Of a stretch of DNA of 64,000 nucleotides, positions 14,533 to 27,996 are shown in pieces; position 1 is the first letter of the stretch; every line of letters begins with the position of its first letter. The notes under the pieces are model-generated. The model was given only the letters and a program-made list of their open reading frames with translations, was not told the DNA's origin and ran no database searches. The position numbers and the translations under genes were made by a program. The DNA is taken from assembly GCA_964016885.1 (NCBI GenBank), contig OZ024740.1, positions 410,688,001 through 410,752,000 of the forward strand, read 5' to 3'. Source of the stretch: Eledone cirrhosa (lineage: Eukaryota).

Positions 14533-14815
14533 TATTCTAAGGCGGGTAAAATTCCCGAGATCCATGGACGAGTTCTCTCCAGCGGTCTCTGTCCCTCATT
14601 ATCGCTGCCATGTCCTGCGTCTCCAATAGACCAGTGTCTGTCCCTAGGGCATCAACATACGTTAACCTTGGTCTTCCTTTTCTAGTGTGTAAATGGCGTG
14701 CTGCGTGGTTGCAAATGGGTTACATATGAATAAAATTAGTCCTTCATCAGTGATCTTCCAACCTTCATTGGTATTTCTTCGCTTTAAAGATCATATACCT
14801 CTGGTTGGTGCGAGA

Positions 14816-15060
14816 AATAACTAAAGAAAGTTATTGGGACAAGTAAAATAGGATGGAGCGAGCGAGACATGTAAACAAACGTAGATGGTATTGCAATGGA
14901 AAGAGAGGAAGAGCTCGTCTATGATTTCACAGAACTTAAGTTCATAGATATCAGGGACTTGTCTCTTCCTCTCTTTCCGTTGCATTACCATCTATGTTTG
15001 TTTACATGTCTCGCTCGCTTCACCCTATTTTACGTGTCCCAATAACTTCCTTTAGTTATT
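14816..15060. mobile_element. Foldback/MITE-like element with ~100-bp terminal inverted repeats
   Basis: AATAACTAAAGAAAGTTATTGGGACA...GAGAGGAAGAG pairs with CTCTTCCTCTC...TGTCCCAATAACTTCCTTTAGTTATT across a ~50-bp spacer. Confidence 0.7.
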
Positions 15061-16686
15061 GCCTGCAAGCAAGCTACAGACGTTTACATCAATATAGCCC
15101 CTCCTGATGACCTTAAATTAAGGCCCATAATAGCAGGCACCACATGTGAAACCCACCGCCTAAGCAACTTCCTAGATATTCTGCTTAAACCTTTCCTAAA
15201 ACATATAAAAAGCTTCATAAGGGACGACCTTGACATGCTCAACCACCTCCCAACAACACTCAATAACGAACATACCCTACTAGTAACTTTTGATGTAATC
15301 AATTTATATTCCAATATCCCACACAACCTAGGTATAGAGGCAATACAATTCTGGATGGAAAATTTCCCTAGTGAACTTCCACAGCGCATCACTAAAGAAT
15401 TTGTGTTGGAGATACTCAAATTCATCTTGGAAAACAATTTCTTCGAATTCAATGCCAAATACTACAGACAGTAATCTGGGAATGCCATGGGCACGAAAGT
15501 GGCCCCCTCATATGCCAACCTTGTCATGGGATATTTGGAAACCATTCTCTACCGCAAAGTTCTAGACAAATACGGCAACCACTTCTACCAATACATAGAA
15601 AAGAACTGGAAGCGATATCTGGACGACTGCTTCATCCTCTGGCATGAAAGTATAGATAGACTTTTTGAGTTCAAAACCCTTCTGAATGGACTCAACACTA
15701 ACTTACAATTCACAATGGATTACAGCCATGAACAACTCCCTTTCCTCGACATCACATCAAGAAAACAAGCAACAAAATAGAAACAGACATATACTACAAA
15801 CCCACAGACTCCAAACAATACCTTCCATTCAACTCGTGCCACCCTAAACACAACAAAATGGCAATTCCTTATAACCTAGCCAGAAGGATCTGCACAATAG
15901 TTTCTGATAAATACACATGCTACACACGACTAGAAGAATTAAAAAACACACTTATCAGCAGAAACTACCCACCATCCCTAATCACCAATGGATTCCAACG
16001 TGCCCTAAAACTAGACATCCAGGAACTCAGACACCCCAAACTCAGGAATGAACCGCAACAAAAAACTTTACCATACATATCCACACACAACCCCATCAAC
16101 AATGAGGTATTCGACACCATCCTCCAGAACATTACTAAAAAGAGACCCAAGATGAACAATATCCTCCAAACACACAACATCATAAAGAGCAAAAGACAAC
16201 CCAAATCCATAAAAAAACATCCTCACACAAGCCCAAATCCAACAAACCCTCACAATCAACCCTACAGTAACAAAATGCGGAAGGCCCAACTGTGGCATAT
16301 GCATAAATATAATAGAAGGTTCAACATTCCATTTTAAACAAGGACAACGTTTCACAGTTAAACACAACTTTACATGTGCATCTGAAAACCTAATCTATGA
16401 TTTGACCTGCTCAGGTTGTCAAGAGCACTACATAGGACAGACAGAAAACAGCCTCCGACAACGTATGACCGTCCATAAATCACAAATTAAAATACAGGAA
16501 TACAGAAAGATTGCATTTAGTGAACATATCGCCAATTGTGCTCTCAACCAACATCCAAACTTTAAAATTTTCCCCATTTACAAATTCATAGACAACGCTA
16601 CTTTCAACCAACGTACCAATAAGGAAACACATTTCATTAATAAATTTGAACCACTACTCAATGCTCTAAAAATCGGACCAATCTAA
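15061..16686 (+). pseudogene. Disrupted PLE reverse transcriptase/GIY-YIG endonuclease ORF
   Basis: ORF pieces 15235-15474, 15487-15780, 15858-16337 and 16402-16686 assemble into one PLE polyprotein. Confidence 0.88.
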
Positions 16687-17098
16687 AACTGCAACAAACC
16701 ATCAAACATTTACAAGAGTTACCTCCTCACACCCTACCTAATCCTTTTTCTTAAATAAATTAAATATCACCCAGCAAGAATTGCTTCCCCTGCATATTAA
16801 CTCTCTAAAAAGAGAAATCCTGTCAAACCTCAGTCCACCATTTGCCTCCATCATGGAATCATGGATCAACTAAGCACTCTTGCTATATTAACACATTTTG
16901 ATCTGCTTAACTTCAATGACTGTGCTTGTAAATAACATTATTTTTTCTTACACATTGACTTTTTACGTTCCACATTATGCACGTTTTTTTCCTTTCCTTT
17001 TTCTTTTTTCTTTTCACTTCTTAAACCTTGTTTGTAAATAACATTATTCTTTCTGCACCTTCTGTTTAACATGTGCGATACCACACTAATACATTTCA

Positions 17099-17140
17099 CT
17101 ATCATTTGATAATGCATATAAATGCTGAAACCGGTAATAG
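17099..17140 (+). ncRNA. Minimal type I hammerhead ribozyme (U3-A8 core variant) in the PLE 3' region
   Basis: TTGATAA (17106-17112) - stem II GCA/TGC - GAAA - CCGG (palindromic ACCGGT stem III) - TA (GUA triplet). Stem I is imperfect (CTAT/ATAG). Confidence 0.55.
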
Positions 17141-17383
17141 ACAATAATTAAATATATAAATAGATAAATAAATGCCATTTTAAAATAATAAATAAATCAA
17201 CTAATACCTTAACACTTCACACAAAGTAAAACATTTCGTTTTAATCATTTTCTAACCCAGAAGAGAGAGAGAGAGAGAAACAAAAAAGGAAAAAAAAAAT
17301 GTTCTTCCGCATAATCGTCTCTTTCTCCCTGTTTTCATATATATATATATATATCCTAACTCGTGTGCTACTTCTCCACATTT

Positions 17384-17435
<52 letters not shown>

Positions 17436-17551
17436 AGAGTCAGGCTAGATCGATACAGATCGAACCTTGAGCTGATCAATAGCGAAACGCGCCTCACCAA
17501 TCAATAAACGTAATGACGGCTTAACAAATCGTCCTTGTGTTATTACATATA

Positions 17552-17614
<63 letters not shown>

Positions 17615-17709
17615 GGTTCCCGCCTACCAAATTCTATTTGAAAGACATTGGTGAAACGCAGTGGAAGTGGACCCCAAAACATGAAGGTGCAAAGTAACAT
17701 TTTAGTTGC

Positions 17710-17758
<49 letters not shown>

Positions 17759-17872
17759 CGTGTCTGTTTGTGTGTGTGCATCCCGAGTTCAAAACGGGGG
17801 TAACCACAGTATGTAAGTTACACAATGCATAGCAGAGTATAACATTTTCATATGGCAATGTCTATAATATAC

Positions 17873-17958
<86 letters not shown>

Positions 17959-18122
17959 GATAGATAAATATACCCGGGTGTGTATGATTGTGTATAGAAG
18001 ATTATATTAATAAGAGGAATTCCAACTTTGTCTGATTTACTCGTTTTATTTACAATCCGTTAAAATTTATAATGGTATTATAATGAAATAGTATGTTAGA
18101 ATATTAAATGTTAAGTGTTAAT

Positions 18123-18161
18123 TGAACAAGTACTTTCATGCTTTCGCAATCTTCAGGTTCA
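18123..18161 (-). ncRNA. Minimal type I hammerhead ribozyme
   Basis: Minus strand TGAAC-CTGAAGA-tTGC gaaa GCAt-GAAA-GTAC-TT-GTTCA: 5-bp stem I, stem II with a GAAA loop, palindromic stem III, followed by AATAA. Confidence 0.7.
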
Positions 18162-18545
18162 TAATGTGTGGTGACATTCAAGTTTGCAATTTTCAACGTT
18201 CTGTTTGTATAGATAGGAATATACGCGCACACACACTGCCTCGCATACACATACACAAAAAACTAAAAACTTACTGACAAACACACACACAAACTCTATA
18301 AGACTCTGAGACACCCACATGCCCACTTACATACACAGATTGAAGCCACACACATCTACTAATTTCTTCCCTTTGGCACACACACACACACTCGCAAACA
18401 CACAAATCACACCCCTGTATCACCCAGGCTGGACTTTTGGGCTATAGCCCCTACCTCTCTTTCTTCTCCCAATCCCTTTTCCAAACTTCCTTTCTTAACC
18501 TTTATACTCTACTCATACATCTATCTGTTTTCTCCTTATCCGAAC

Positions 18546-18582
18546 TTTCCTGATGAAGGACGTCTGTCTGAAACGCTGAACC
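18546..18582 (+). ncRNA. Degenerate hammerhead motif in a PLE pLTR-like relic
   Basis: CTGATGA-aGGAC gtct GTCT-GAAA-cgctgaa after a pyrimidine-rich tract; the relic ends in (TA)n at ~18663. Confidence 0.45.
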
Positions 18583-18869
18583 TTCCTGCACTTCCTCCAA
18601 GCGTGAACCTAATATAACTGTATTTTTGCATTCCTGTGTTTGTTATATTTTGTTTCAATTTTTATATATATATATATATATAACTAAAAGTCTGTGATTG
18701 CTTGCTTCCTTGTCTGTAATGTAATACAGCCTAAAGGGCGCATAATGGGAACATACTTTGAAAGGAAGTTGCCTCTGAAATGGGAATACAAATCGAATAA
18801 AACAAGTTTCGCGTAAATCGGACCACGGATTCTCGAGATATAGGGTTTTTTCCAGGTACCTTCATAAAC

Positions 18870-18901
<32 letters not shown>

Positions 18902-19231
18902 GAGACAGAGAAGGAGTATGGAAGAGAGGGCTGGTGGTGTTTTTGTATATATATATATATATGAGTGTGTGTGTGTATATATATGTGTGTATATGCGTGT
19001 ACGTATATGCGTATACCAATATATATAGATCACAGACACAACATATATATATATATACACACACACATACATATATATATGTATACACACACACATTTAT
19101 ATATATATATACATACACACATATATATTATATGGGTCTTCCAGTTTAATTTCACATTATATACATGTCTGTGTACATTTTAATGAACGTGACACAACGA
19201 TCCACGGGTGGTCTTGTATTTATATATATAT

Positions 19232-19700
19232 ATACGAGGTCTTTTCCAAAAGCAAGTGTGCTGATTTTCCTATGTAACGCAGCACCTCTCTGTTATTTAC
19301 AGTCATGTTGCTTATGGCCTCGTGGGCACGTACATAATCGTTTTAACATGAGCGATTGAGTCAGTCGTGAGTTATTGCTCTTTATGTACAGACGTGTTTA
19401 TCACCTCTGCAGGAAAATATCGAACAAAAGTACGAGATCAAATTTTGTGTGAACCTCAACAAATCTACCACCGTAAGCTTTCTTTTTTTTAACATAAGCT
19501 TATGGAGATGTCACTCTCTCGAGAATTATGGTTTTTAAGTGGCATAAAAGTTTCAAAGTAGGCCGAGAAAATGTTGCAGTCGAACCTCGTTCTGGAAGGC
19601 CAATCTCATCAAGAAAAGAATAAAATGGGGGAAGTGGTGTGAGCGGTGATGGTGAAAGTTTCCGATTAATTGTTAGGATAACTAGCAGAAAAACAACCCT
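19232..19700 (+). mobile_element. mariner transposon relic, 5' part (TIR + HTH region)
   Basis: TA-CGAGGTCTTTTCCAAAAG terminus; translation IKFCVNLNKS..AYGDVTLSR..VFKWHKSFKVGRENV..EPRSGRP, typical of a mariner transposase N-terminus. Confidence 0.75.
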
Positions 19701-20043
19701 TCGGGTGGTATTCTTCTAGCATGTGTAGTGTGCATATTGATATTATAAGCACGTATATATGCATGTAGATAAGATACATAAAATAAAATCGTAATTGAGA
19801 ATATACACATAAATTGAACGAAGACTGCGCACTGTCTTATGTAAAAAAGACGATATTATATATAAACTGCATTAGGAGAAAATTAGTGACGGAAATATAT
19901 GAATGTTTATTTAAGCGATCGCTAACCGGAAGTGTTGACATTTATAAATTTTAAAGAAGTGAACTTTAAATAAATAATGAAATATATTTAATCAACAGCG
20001 ACGAAATTTAGTAGATAAATTATATAATATTCATTCATTATTT

Positions 20044-20223
20044 ATTGGCAGTATCGGAAGAGGGTCGGACGCCATGCTTTCCAGCATAGTTACGTCCCTT
20101 TACGGTCTGAGTTCAAATTCCGCCGAGGTTAACTTTGCCTTTCATCCTTACGGGGTCGATAAAATAAAGTACCAGTAATGTACTGAGTAATTGATGGCCT
20201 TGTGCCAAAAGTGGAAACAATTA
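20044..20223 (+). mobile_element. tRNA-derived SINE (family A)
   Basis: Same A/B boxes, core and GCCAAAAGTAGAAACAATT-type tail as other copies. Confidence 0.85.
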
Positions 20224-20359
20224 TTTATTCAAAGTAATCGAACTTATTTTACTAATGGGATAACAAACTATAAACCGTAGGCAGTCCCGCACTCCTTATT
20301 TTATTATAGTTTAGATTGTAGAATAAAATGGCATTGATGAAAATACAGTTCACAGAATT

Positions 20360-20535
20360 TATACGCGAAAGAACTGTGGAGCAAAAAGCGAATCGATTAG
20401 AAATTTGAGCCAAATTTCTTGCTTGGAGAGACTAATAGCAGGAGATGAGTCATGAGTGTTCGAGTACGTTCCAGAGACAAACCCTAAAGTGAGAAGTGGC
20501 GCATGAAGAACTCTGCTCGTCCGAAGAAAGCACAA
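20360..20535 (+). mobile_element. mariner transposase relic, catalytic-domain start
   Basis: RLIAGDES*VFEYVPET matches the mariner (T)GDE.W..Y.PE.K first-aspartate motif; likely the same element as 19232-19700. Confidence 0.65.
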
Positions 20536-20981
20536 ATGCCAGGAGTTGCGACCGCTAGATAGTATCAGCAATGAAAAAAAAACCGATTTGACGAGTTACA
20601 CACCACTCGGTAAACGAATGAGGTAGAATCTTGTTGATCGATTAAATACCCCCCCCACACACATACGCCCCCCACACACACAACACGCACACACTCTCAC
20701 ACATACACGCACACATATATCTATATATAGACAGGTTTGTTCAAGACATACCATATGTCACAACGGTGACTCTACATCTCCACCGGGCGGTACAGGTTTA
20801 TACATATATGCATACATACATATATACCCCCCCCCACTCTCAAGCGTGAAACTAATATTAACATTTATACTGCCTCTTCGCTTCCAGGTTTTTTTTCGTT
20901 TTCTGTTTACTGTCTCAAATTTAAAATACATATATACATAAACACACATATACATAAAACGGGCATGCACACATACATACA

Positions 20982-21746
20982 TGATGGCTGCCCCCTCGCC
21001 TCGTTATCGAGTATGGTCATTGCACGATATAACATTATTAATAATCATCAATTAAAGCTATTTATCGTGCAAGGCCTGTGCACTTTTTGAAGTGAGGAAA
21101 AACTGCATTGAGCCAATCCCACTCTCTGAGCGACTAGCTATAACCCGAAAAGAAGAAAAGATCAACATTAGGTGAATTGGCAGTATTGGTAGAGAGTCAG
21201 ACATGCTTTCCAGCGTAGTTACGTCCCTTTACGATTTGAGTTCAAATCCCGCCGAGGTTAACTTTGCCTTTCATCCTTACAGGGTCGATAAAATAAAGTA
21301 CCAGTAATACACTGTGTAATTTGCTGGCCTTGTGCCAAAAGTAGAAACAATTATCGGTAACTACTGAGCCGCAGGTTTTATGTCGGAGTTATCCCAGTTT
21401 CCTGAGTTGCCTAGTCCTAGAAGAATGCCTTGACAAAGGCTAGGGGTCCTTCACTCCCAGCGGTTTAACCGCGCGATCAGGTATCAAGCCTGATTATGTC
21501 TATGTCCCCGCGCATACACATGCATAAATGTATATACATATTTACACATTTTTGGATGGCCGTTGACTCTTATGAGTTCTTCCGCCCTTTGTCAGGTTTT
21601 GATTTTTGTCCTGCAGGGTGTCCAAAATCACCCTCCTCACCAAGTAAACTTGGCGGGGTTGCCGGTTTACTCACCGACGATCCGACCATGCGACAGGTTG
21701 TACTGGGTTACATATTACCAGTAACACAAAAGATTGACACCTGTCA
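20982..21746 (-). mobile_element. Diverged copy of unclassified TG...CA repeat (family C), interrupted by a SINE
   Basis: Shares GATGGCCGTTGACTC, CACCCTCCTCACCAAG, CTTGACAAAGGCTA and terminal GGCAGCCA with 21792-22400 and 31451-32060. Confidence 0.6.
21171..21353 (+). mobile_element. tRNA-derived SINE (family A), nested in family C
   Basis: Full-length copy; family C homology resumes on both sides. Confidence 0.85.
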
Positions 21747-21791
21747 TAAATATATGCACACATACATATATACATACATACATATATACAT

Positions 21792-22400
21792 TGTGGCTGC
21801 CAATTCGTTTTCGAGTACGGCCACTACTTTATATCCATGTAGGAGAACCCCTACCGATGCGCTGAACGAATGTGACTTTTTAGTCCAGCCAGCGACTTGA
21901 AAACTCTGGTACAAACACTACACTTGTGACAATTATTGAGACATAGTGCTGGGCCCATGGTATCATGTGACGACAAGTGCAGAGAGATCTCCAGATATAA
22001 AACAATGCCTGTGCCGTGAAGCTTTTATAGTGAGCAAAGGCATTGCACAAAGCCAGTCCCACTCTCTTAACCAAGATCATATTTACCAAAAAGAAGAACA
22101 AGTCAACATCATTGGATACCATCAGGGTTGCAGGTGTTATATCAGAGTTTTCCCACTCCTAGAATACTGCCTTGACAAAGGCTAAGGGGTCATCTCTCCC
22201 GGTGATTTTGGATGGCCATTGACTCTTAAGAGCTCCTTTGCCCTTTGACAGGTTTTGTTTTTAGTCCTGCAAGATTTCCAAAGTCACCCTCCTCACCAAG
22301 AAACCTTGGTGGGGTTGCCAGTTTAGTCGCCAACGACCCGACCAAGGGCCAAGTTGTACTGGGATACATGTTACCAGTAGCACCAACTGGTGACCTGACA
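21792..22400 (-). mobile_element. Unclassified ~610-bp interspersed repeat (family C) in TA/CA microsatellite
   Basis: Near-identical reverse complement of 31451-32060; termini TGTCAGG...GGCAGCCAC. Confidence 0.8.
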
Positions 22401-22525
22401 TATACATGACATAAACATATATACATACACACACACATACGTGCATACATACACGTACGCATCTCTCTCTTTCTCTCTCCCCCTCTTCCCCCCTCTCTCT
22501 CTCTATATATATATACATATATAAG

Positions 22526-22631
22526 AAAAAGTATGACCCCGACGGCAGAGCTCAAGCCGTTTCGACGGCTAATTCTAGACAGAAATAGCCGTCGAAACGG
22601 CTTGAGCTCTGCCGTCGGGGTCATACTTTTC
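22526..22631. repeat. Palindromic head-to-head pair of family B 3' ends
   Basis: AAAAGTATGACCCCGACGGCAGAGCTCAAGCCGTTTCGACGGCTA and its reverse complement around a short spacer; TA-flanked; recurs at 38069. Confidence 0.85.
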
Positions 22632-24584
22632 CTATTTCCCACTCTACTACCCTAAGTATTGAGTACTCTGGTGCGTTATGGTCCATCTGGTTCCTTACCA
22701 CACTACCTTTGTTATATATATATATATATAGAGAGAGAGACAGAGAGAGAAAGAGAGATAAAGTGCGAGAGAGGGGAGGTGTGAAAGAAGGAGAAATACA
22801 TATATGCCTCCTCTAGGAATGAATATGCGTGAGTATGTGTTTATATCTTTATAAATGTGTGTCTATATGTGTTGTGCGGGTCTGTGTGTGTGTGTATGCG
22901 TGAAACCAATGACATGGCTATCGGTTGATTCTATCTTGTAGGGTGTTTTTTGAAAAAAGTCGATATTGAAAAACTAGACAGCAAATAACATTGGGTCAAG
23001 TTTTTGTCTCTTGATGTGCAATAATATAGCGATATTAAATTAAAACTGTTTAATATTGCCTTTAGAATATGTGTATTTTGCGGCACGTGAGAGAAAGGTT
23101 TTGTTCTCTGACTGAAATGTACATTTGTTGTGAATGACGAATCAATGATCAAGCTGAAAGCAAATCATCCGTGTTGTTAGTTGATCACAAATGTTGACAC
23201 GTTAGACTTGTAATTATACAGCTTTCAAAATACACCGTGTAACTTCAAACTTCTTGTAGAGAAAAACACTTTGCCTTAAAATTATATCCACTACTATAGA
23301 GGAGAAAATTGAGGCTATTTTTAGCAATACTGGTTAGCTTGATTTGATTGAAACCACCGAAGTAATGCATATGCTTGCCGATTGAATAATTTTAGAATAT
23401 TCAATATATTTTCATAAACTGAATATATTTAGTTGAAATTTAGTTAAAGTATTTCTGATCTAATACAAAATGAATATATAATTCCATTTCTTTTAAGCGT
23501 ATGTCTCAAGCAGAGATTAAGATATAGGGGAGTTACATAATATGAGGATTAATGGAGTACTAGCAATATTGCCATTCAAAAAGAAAAAAAAGGAAAGGAA
23601 GAAAGGTTAGCCTATATTAAAGCTTTCAATATACTTTAATGGTCCCCTCAAATTGTACGATTAAGTTAAATAATTTTTTTTTTTGTGCATTATTTTGTCG
23701 TACATTCAATTTTACAGAGAGAGATATAATAGCATTGAATTTTGCATTGAATTATTTTTCCAGATTAATAGAGGTCAATATACCAACATCAAAATCCCAT
23801 TATCAAAGAGCCTTATTCAAATATGGTGGCATTATCGAAAACAAATTTCTATAGTCAAAGAAAAAAACAAACAAACCAAAAAACAAACAATAAAAAAAAA
23901 CATTTCGTTTAGAGTCTTTCCATTACATTGCATCACTGTTTGCTCTAAATGTGCTTCGTTATTGATATTATTAGATATTGTTTAGCACCAGATATTATTG
24001 ATATTACTAGATATTGTTTAGCATAGATATTGTTTAGCACTGGCAAAGAAGATCTATGACCAAACATATTTTAGTAATGATCATCCTATCTATTTAAAGA
24101 AACTATACAATTTAACATGTCTTGTAAGGCGTTAAGGTATGATTGAAGGGTTATTGAGTTGCTAGTTATAGCAGATCGAGTGATCATGTAGATCCATCCG
24201 TATAGGTATTACACTGGTATGTAACAAAATACGCATCATTCTACGAAACAAACAAGATTTTGTTTTATTTATAAAAATATACGAATAATATGACTTTCTA
24301 TCCTCCTTTGAGTTAATTGATCGTACTTTGGTTTTAGCAAGATGGCATTAAAATAATATCTATTGTTAAATAGAACCTCAGAATTAGCTTGCTACGTATT
24401 GGTATCATTTCATATATCTCACTGCTCTACTCATGGGGCTGGAAAGTATTATATTTGCAGAACAAGACATGAATTTCATTGAATAATTCTTCATGAACAA
24501 ACGAAACACTCACAGTAAGAAATCAAGAAATTGTTTATGAAACAACTAATCTTCTAACTGTTTAATTCATCATTTAAAAGAAGA

Positions 24585-24860
24585 CATGTGGTTAGAATAT
24601 CTCAGGAAAGAATCGCTGGATAGATTTTACGGGCAAAACCAACCGACTGGAAACCCAGGAGCAAGATGGTTGGATAACATCCATGAGCTTAGCTGGTCAC
24701 GTTTGGAGATCCACCCAGATTAGTTGGAGACGGTTGCTTCTGACAGGACCTGCTGGAAGGAGGGTTTCAGGACTCTGCCCCCACGAACCTCTCAGGAATA
24801 AATGGGCGAAGAAGAAGAAGAAGAAGAAGTAATAGTAGAAAAAGAAGAAGAAGAAGAAGA
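24585..24860 (+). mobile_element. RTE LINE 3' fragment with (GAA)n tail
   Basis: Homologous to 12150-12410 (GAAAGAATCGCTGGA, AGATGGTTGGATAACATCCATG); ends in GAA repeats. Confidence 0.75.
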
Positions 24861-25229
24861 CCCCTTGACCTACCAATGAAAAGTAAAAAGTGGACATCAT
24901 GGCTACTAATACTGTTATTGAAATAACTGACGTTCATAACTCCTTACCCCCCCCCCCCCCTTAGTTATTTCCCATAATTTGTTGAGATTTCAGATATATT
25001 GATGAGTGACATTAAATTCTAATCATTGCAGCAATACAAATACAGATTTGTGTCTAGATTAAAGTAATTTCATTTGATCGATCTTCAGCTCAAAATATGG
25101 AGGTATACCAGATTTGTAAACATAATTTCATAAACGTATTTGGTAAATTAATTGTTAGTAAACTCTAAATATTAATATCCTGTCATTTATACGTCATATG
25201 AAACCGATTTTTTAGACACAAAACGATTT

Positions 25230-25820
25230 GTTGTTGGTGTTGTTGTTGTTGTTGTCGTCGTCGTCGTTGTTGTTGTTGTTGTTGTTCATAATCCTGGGGA
25301 GTCCTGACAACAGAATCCCCAAGCACACCTTCCAGCGAATCCTGCGTGTTTATGGATCTTATCCAACAATCTCGCTCGAGGTCTACCCTTGGGTCTTCTG
25401 CCGATTGGCTTTGTCCCTAAAATCTATCCAGCGATTCTTTCCTTAACATTCTAACCACATGATCTTAGTATCGGAGCTGTGATCTATTAATTTGGAGATG
25501 TAGTGGCTCTACCTAAAGCGATTCCCTGATCTCCGAGCTACGTATTCTTTTAAGTAAAGTTACTCAAAAGACCCTCCTTGAGAATTTCATTTGGACGCTT
25601 GTGTTCGTGATCCTATTCTTTCGGTCAAAACACTAAATTCATGACCATAGGTAAAGTTTAACACGAATACCGAATTAAAGATAGCCAGACTGGTTTTACA
25701 CCCACCTCCCTTCTGAGGAGTGAATGTTGAAGCTGCCTTATTACTGCACCAGATCATACAATTCTTGACTCAATTTAATCTCCTGCGTCCCATCACTTGC
25801 GAAAACAGACCCAAAGTATC
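25230..25820 (-). mobile_element. RTE LINE 3' fragment, older and longer
   Basis: Shares CCAGCGATTCTTTC..ACATTCTAACCACATG with the other RTE copies; (CAA)n tail on the minus strand. Confidence 0.65.
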
Positions 25821-26164
25821 GGCCACTCCCTGATATGTTTATGGTCGTGCTTGTGATAGTGGCCCCCTCAACACATTCTATTCACTGTTATCGGAGTTGA
25901 GTCAGTTACCCGCAAATGTGAACCCCGCGAGGTGGAGTGGCTATTCCAGCGCATCTCACTTGCCAACCTCCGGGACAATTTCTTCTTCATCCTGAACGAT
26001 GAGACCACTAGATGGACTGACCCATTAACAGTGAGTGTTAAATATAGATCACCCCTACACCCAGAGAGTGTGTGTGTGTGACAGCTCACACCTATGCAGG
26101 GTTAGCTGGCCTCCTCCAAGGTATATCTCGCTGGAGGTGTCTTGGGTGATTTAATGATAGGGAC

Positions 26165-26322
26165 CCCAGTCCTATCATCTCATTTCTACAGTTGAGTAAA
26201 TTGGAGCAACGTGAAATAAAGTGTCTTGCTCAAGGAAACAATACATCACCCGGTCCGAGAATTGAGCCCACAACCTTTTGATTGCAAGCCCATTGCTCTA
26301 ACCACTAATCCATGCGCCTTCA
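26165..26322 (-). mobile_element. tRNA-derived SINE (family D)
   Basis: Minus strand TGGATTAGTGGTTAGAGC (A box) ... GGGCTCAATTCTC (B-box-like), then CCTTGAGCAAGACACTTTA, a conserved SINE body motif. Confidence 0.7.
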
Positions 26323-26738
26323 CACACAGAGTAAACATTAATAACTAAATTAACCGGATACATTAAGAAGCTTTAGTGCTTAGTAATATAACTAACTTTC
26401 CCATCATTATGTTGATATTTGTAACATAACTTAAGAAAGGTTCTTCTATGATTAAGACTGAAACAATCCACAGACTATGAATTCTAATTATAAATGTATA
26501 CTATGAATACTAGTTACAATTCAAAGTTAAGATTATAATATAAACTGATATAAGTCATCTAAAAATATAGGCTAATATAGTGAAAATACGCACAGGAACG
26601 CTCACATGAATTAAGCTATATATCTGTTGTATGGCGAACGACCACATTACTTAAAGGGGATCTGAGTAATTTAAACCCTCTGTCACAATCCTTGAACATG
26701 TTTTTTCTTTGACTAAACACAACCTAATTACACCCCTC

Positions 26739-26801
<63 letters not shown>

Positions 26802-27295
26802 GTATTAGAACAGGGAATTAAGGTTCGATACAAAGAGTGAATATAGAGAAAAGGTGAAATTGGAATAGCACGGAAAATATATTTTAGAGTCTCTTTTTCT
26901 TTTTTTTATCCTTTCTTTGATTCGTCAAAGTGACATTATTGAAAAAATGAGAGGGACAATTCTTTAAAAAAAAGTTTTATAAAGTATATAAAGTATTACC
27001 AGTTTCGATGTATTATTAAAATTCATCTTATATATATATTCACACATATATATATATATTGGTTAGATGACCTGTTCGTTGAAACTGGAAATACTACACA
27101 TATTACAGGTAATAAATGTATGGATGTCTTTATTTAAAAATATACTTAAGACATTTGTGGTAAAGTCGTTAATAACCACCAACAGATGCCGGCACTCTCT
27201 CTTAGCATTATATGGAAGAATATTATTATTGGGGTTAGGCACAGAATATATTTGCATTAGCTATATGAAGAATGGGATGAACGGACTTGTAGGGC

Positions 27296-27345
<50 letters not shown>

Positions 27346-27533
27346 TAGAGAGAGAGAATGAGAGAGAGAGGAAGAGAGAGAGGGAAAGAGATCGAGAGAG
27401 GGAGAGAGAGAGGGAGACAGATATGTAGAGAGAGATTTAAAGGCAAAAACACAGAAATGCAAGCGTATAAATAAATAAATAAATAAATATATATATGTGT
27501 GTGTGTGTATATATGTGTGTTTATATGATTGTT

Positions 27534-27577
<44 letters not shown>

Positions 27578-27861
27578 ATACGAGTATATATATGTATATA
27601 TATATGAGTATATATATATATATATATATAAGAGAGAGAGCGTGAGAGTGAGAATGTAAATTAAAGGGAGGAGTGAGGTGTGACTGGTTGGCGGGACAGA
27701 TAGTTAAGTAGAAATCTAAGTTGATATGAACATACTTAGGTGCACACTTACACTAAAAGAATATTTTTACCTAGTCAGATAAGTATAGAAATAATATTTA
27801 GTTCGTCATTTAGAAATATAATTAGACAGATACTTTGCTTCACTCACACCTGTATATAGGA

Positions 27862-27892
<31 letters not shown>

Positions 27893-27946
27893 AAAAATAT
27901 ATATATATATAAACTATAAATATATATATATATATATATATAAAGA

Positions 27947-27996
<50 letters not shown>

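Larger units (their letters stand above)
15061..17200 (+). mobile_element. Penelope-like element, Neptune-like, 5'-truncated and decayed (RT + Cys linker + GIY-YIG + 3' HHR)
   Basis: RT motifs DLKLRPIIAG, TFDVINLYSNI, AMGTKVAPSYANL, RYLDD, LPFLD; linker CGRPNCGIC; endonuclease NLIYDLTCSGCQEHYIGQT..RQRM..H. In-frame stop at ~15472 plus frameshifts. Confidence 0.9.

Noticed and set aside
25935-26000. CRE-like LINE C-terminal peptide WLFQRISLA..R.N
   Set aside because: Too short to support a call.
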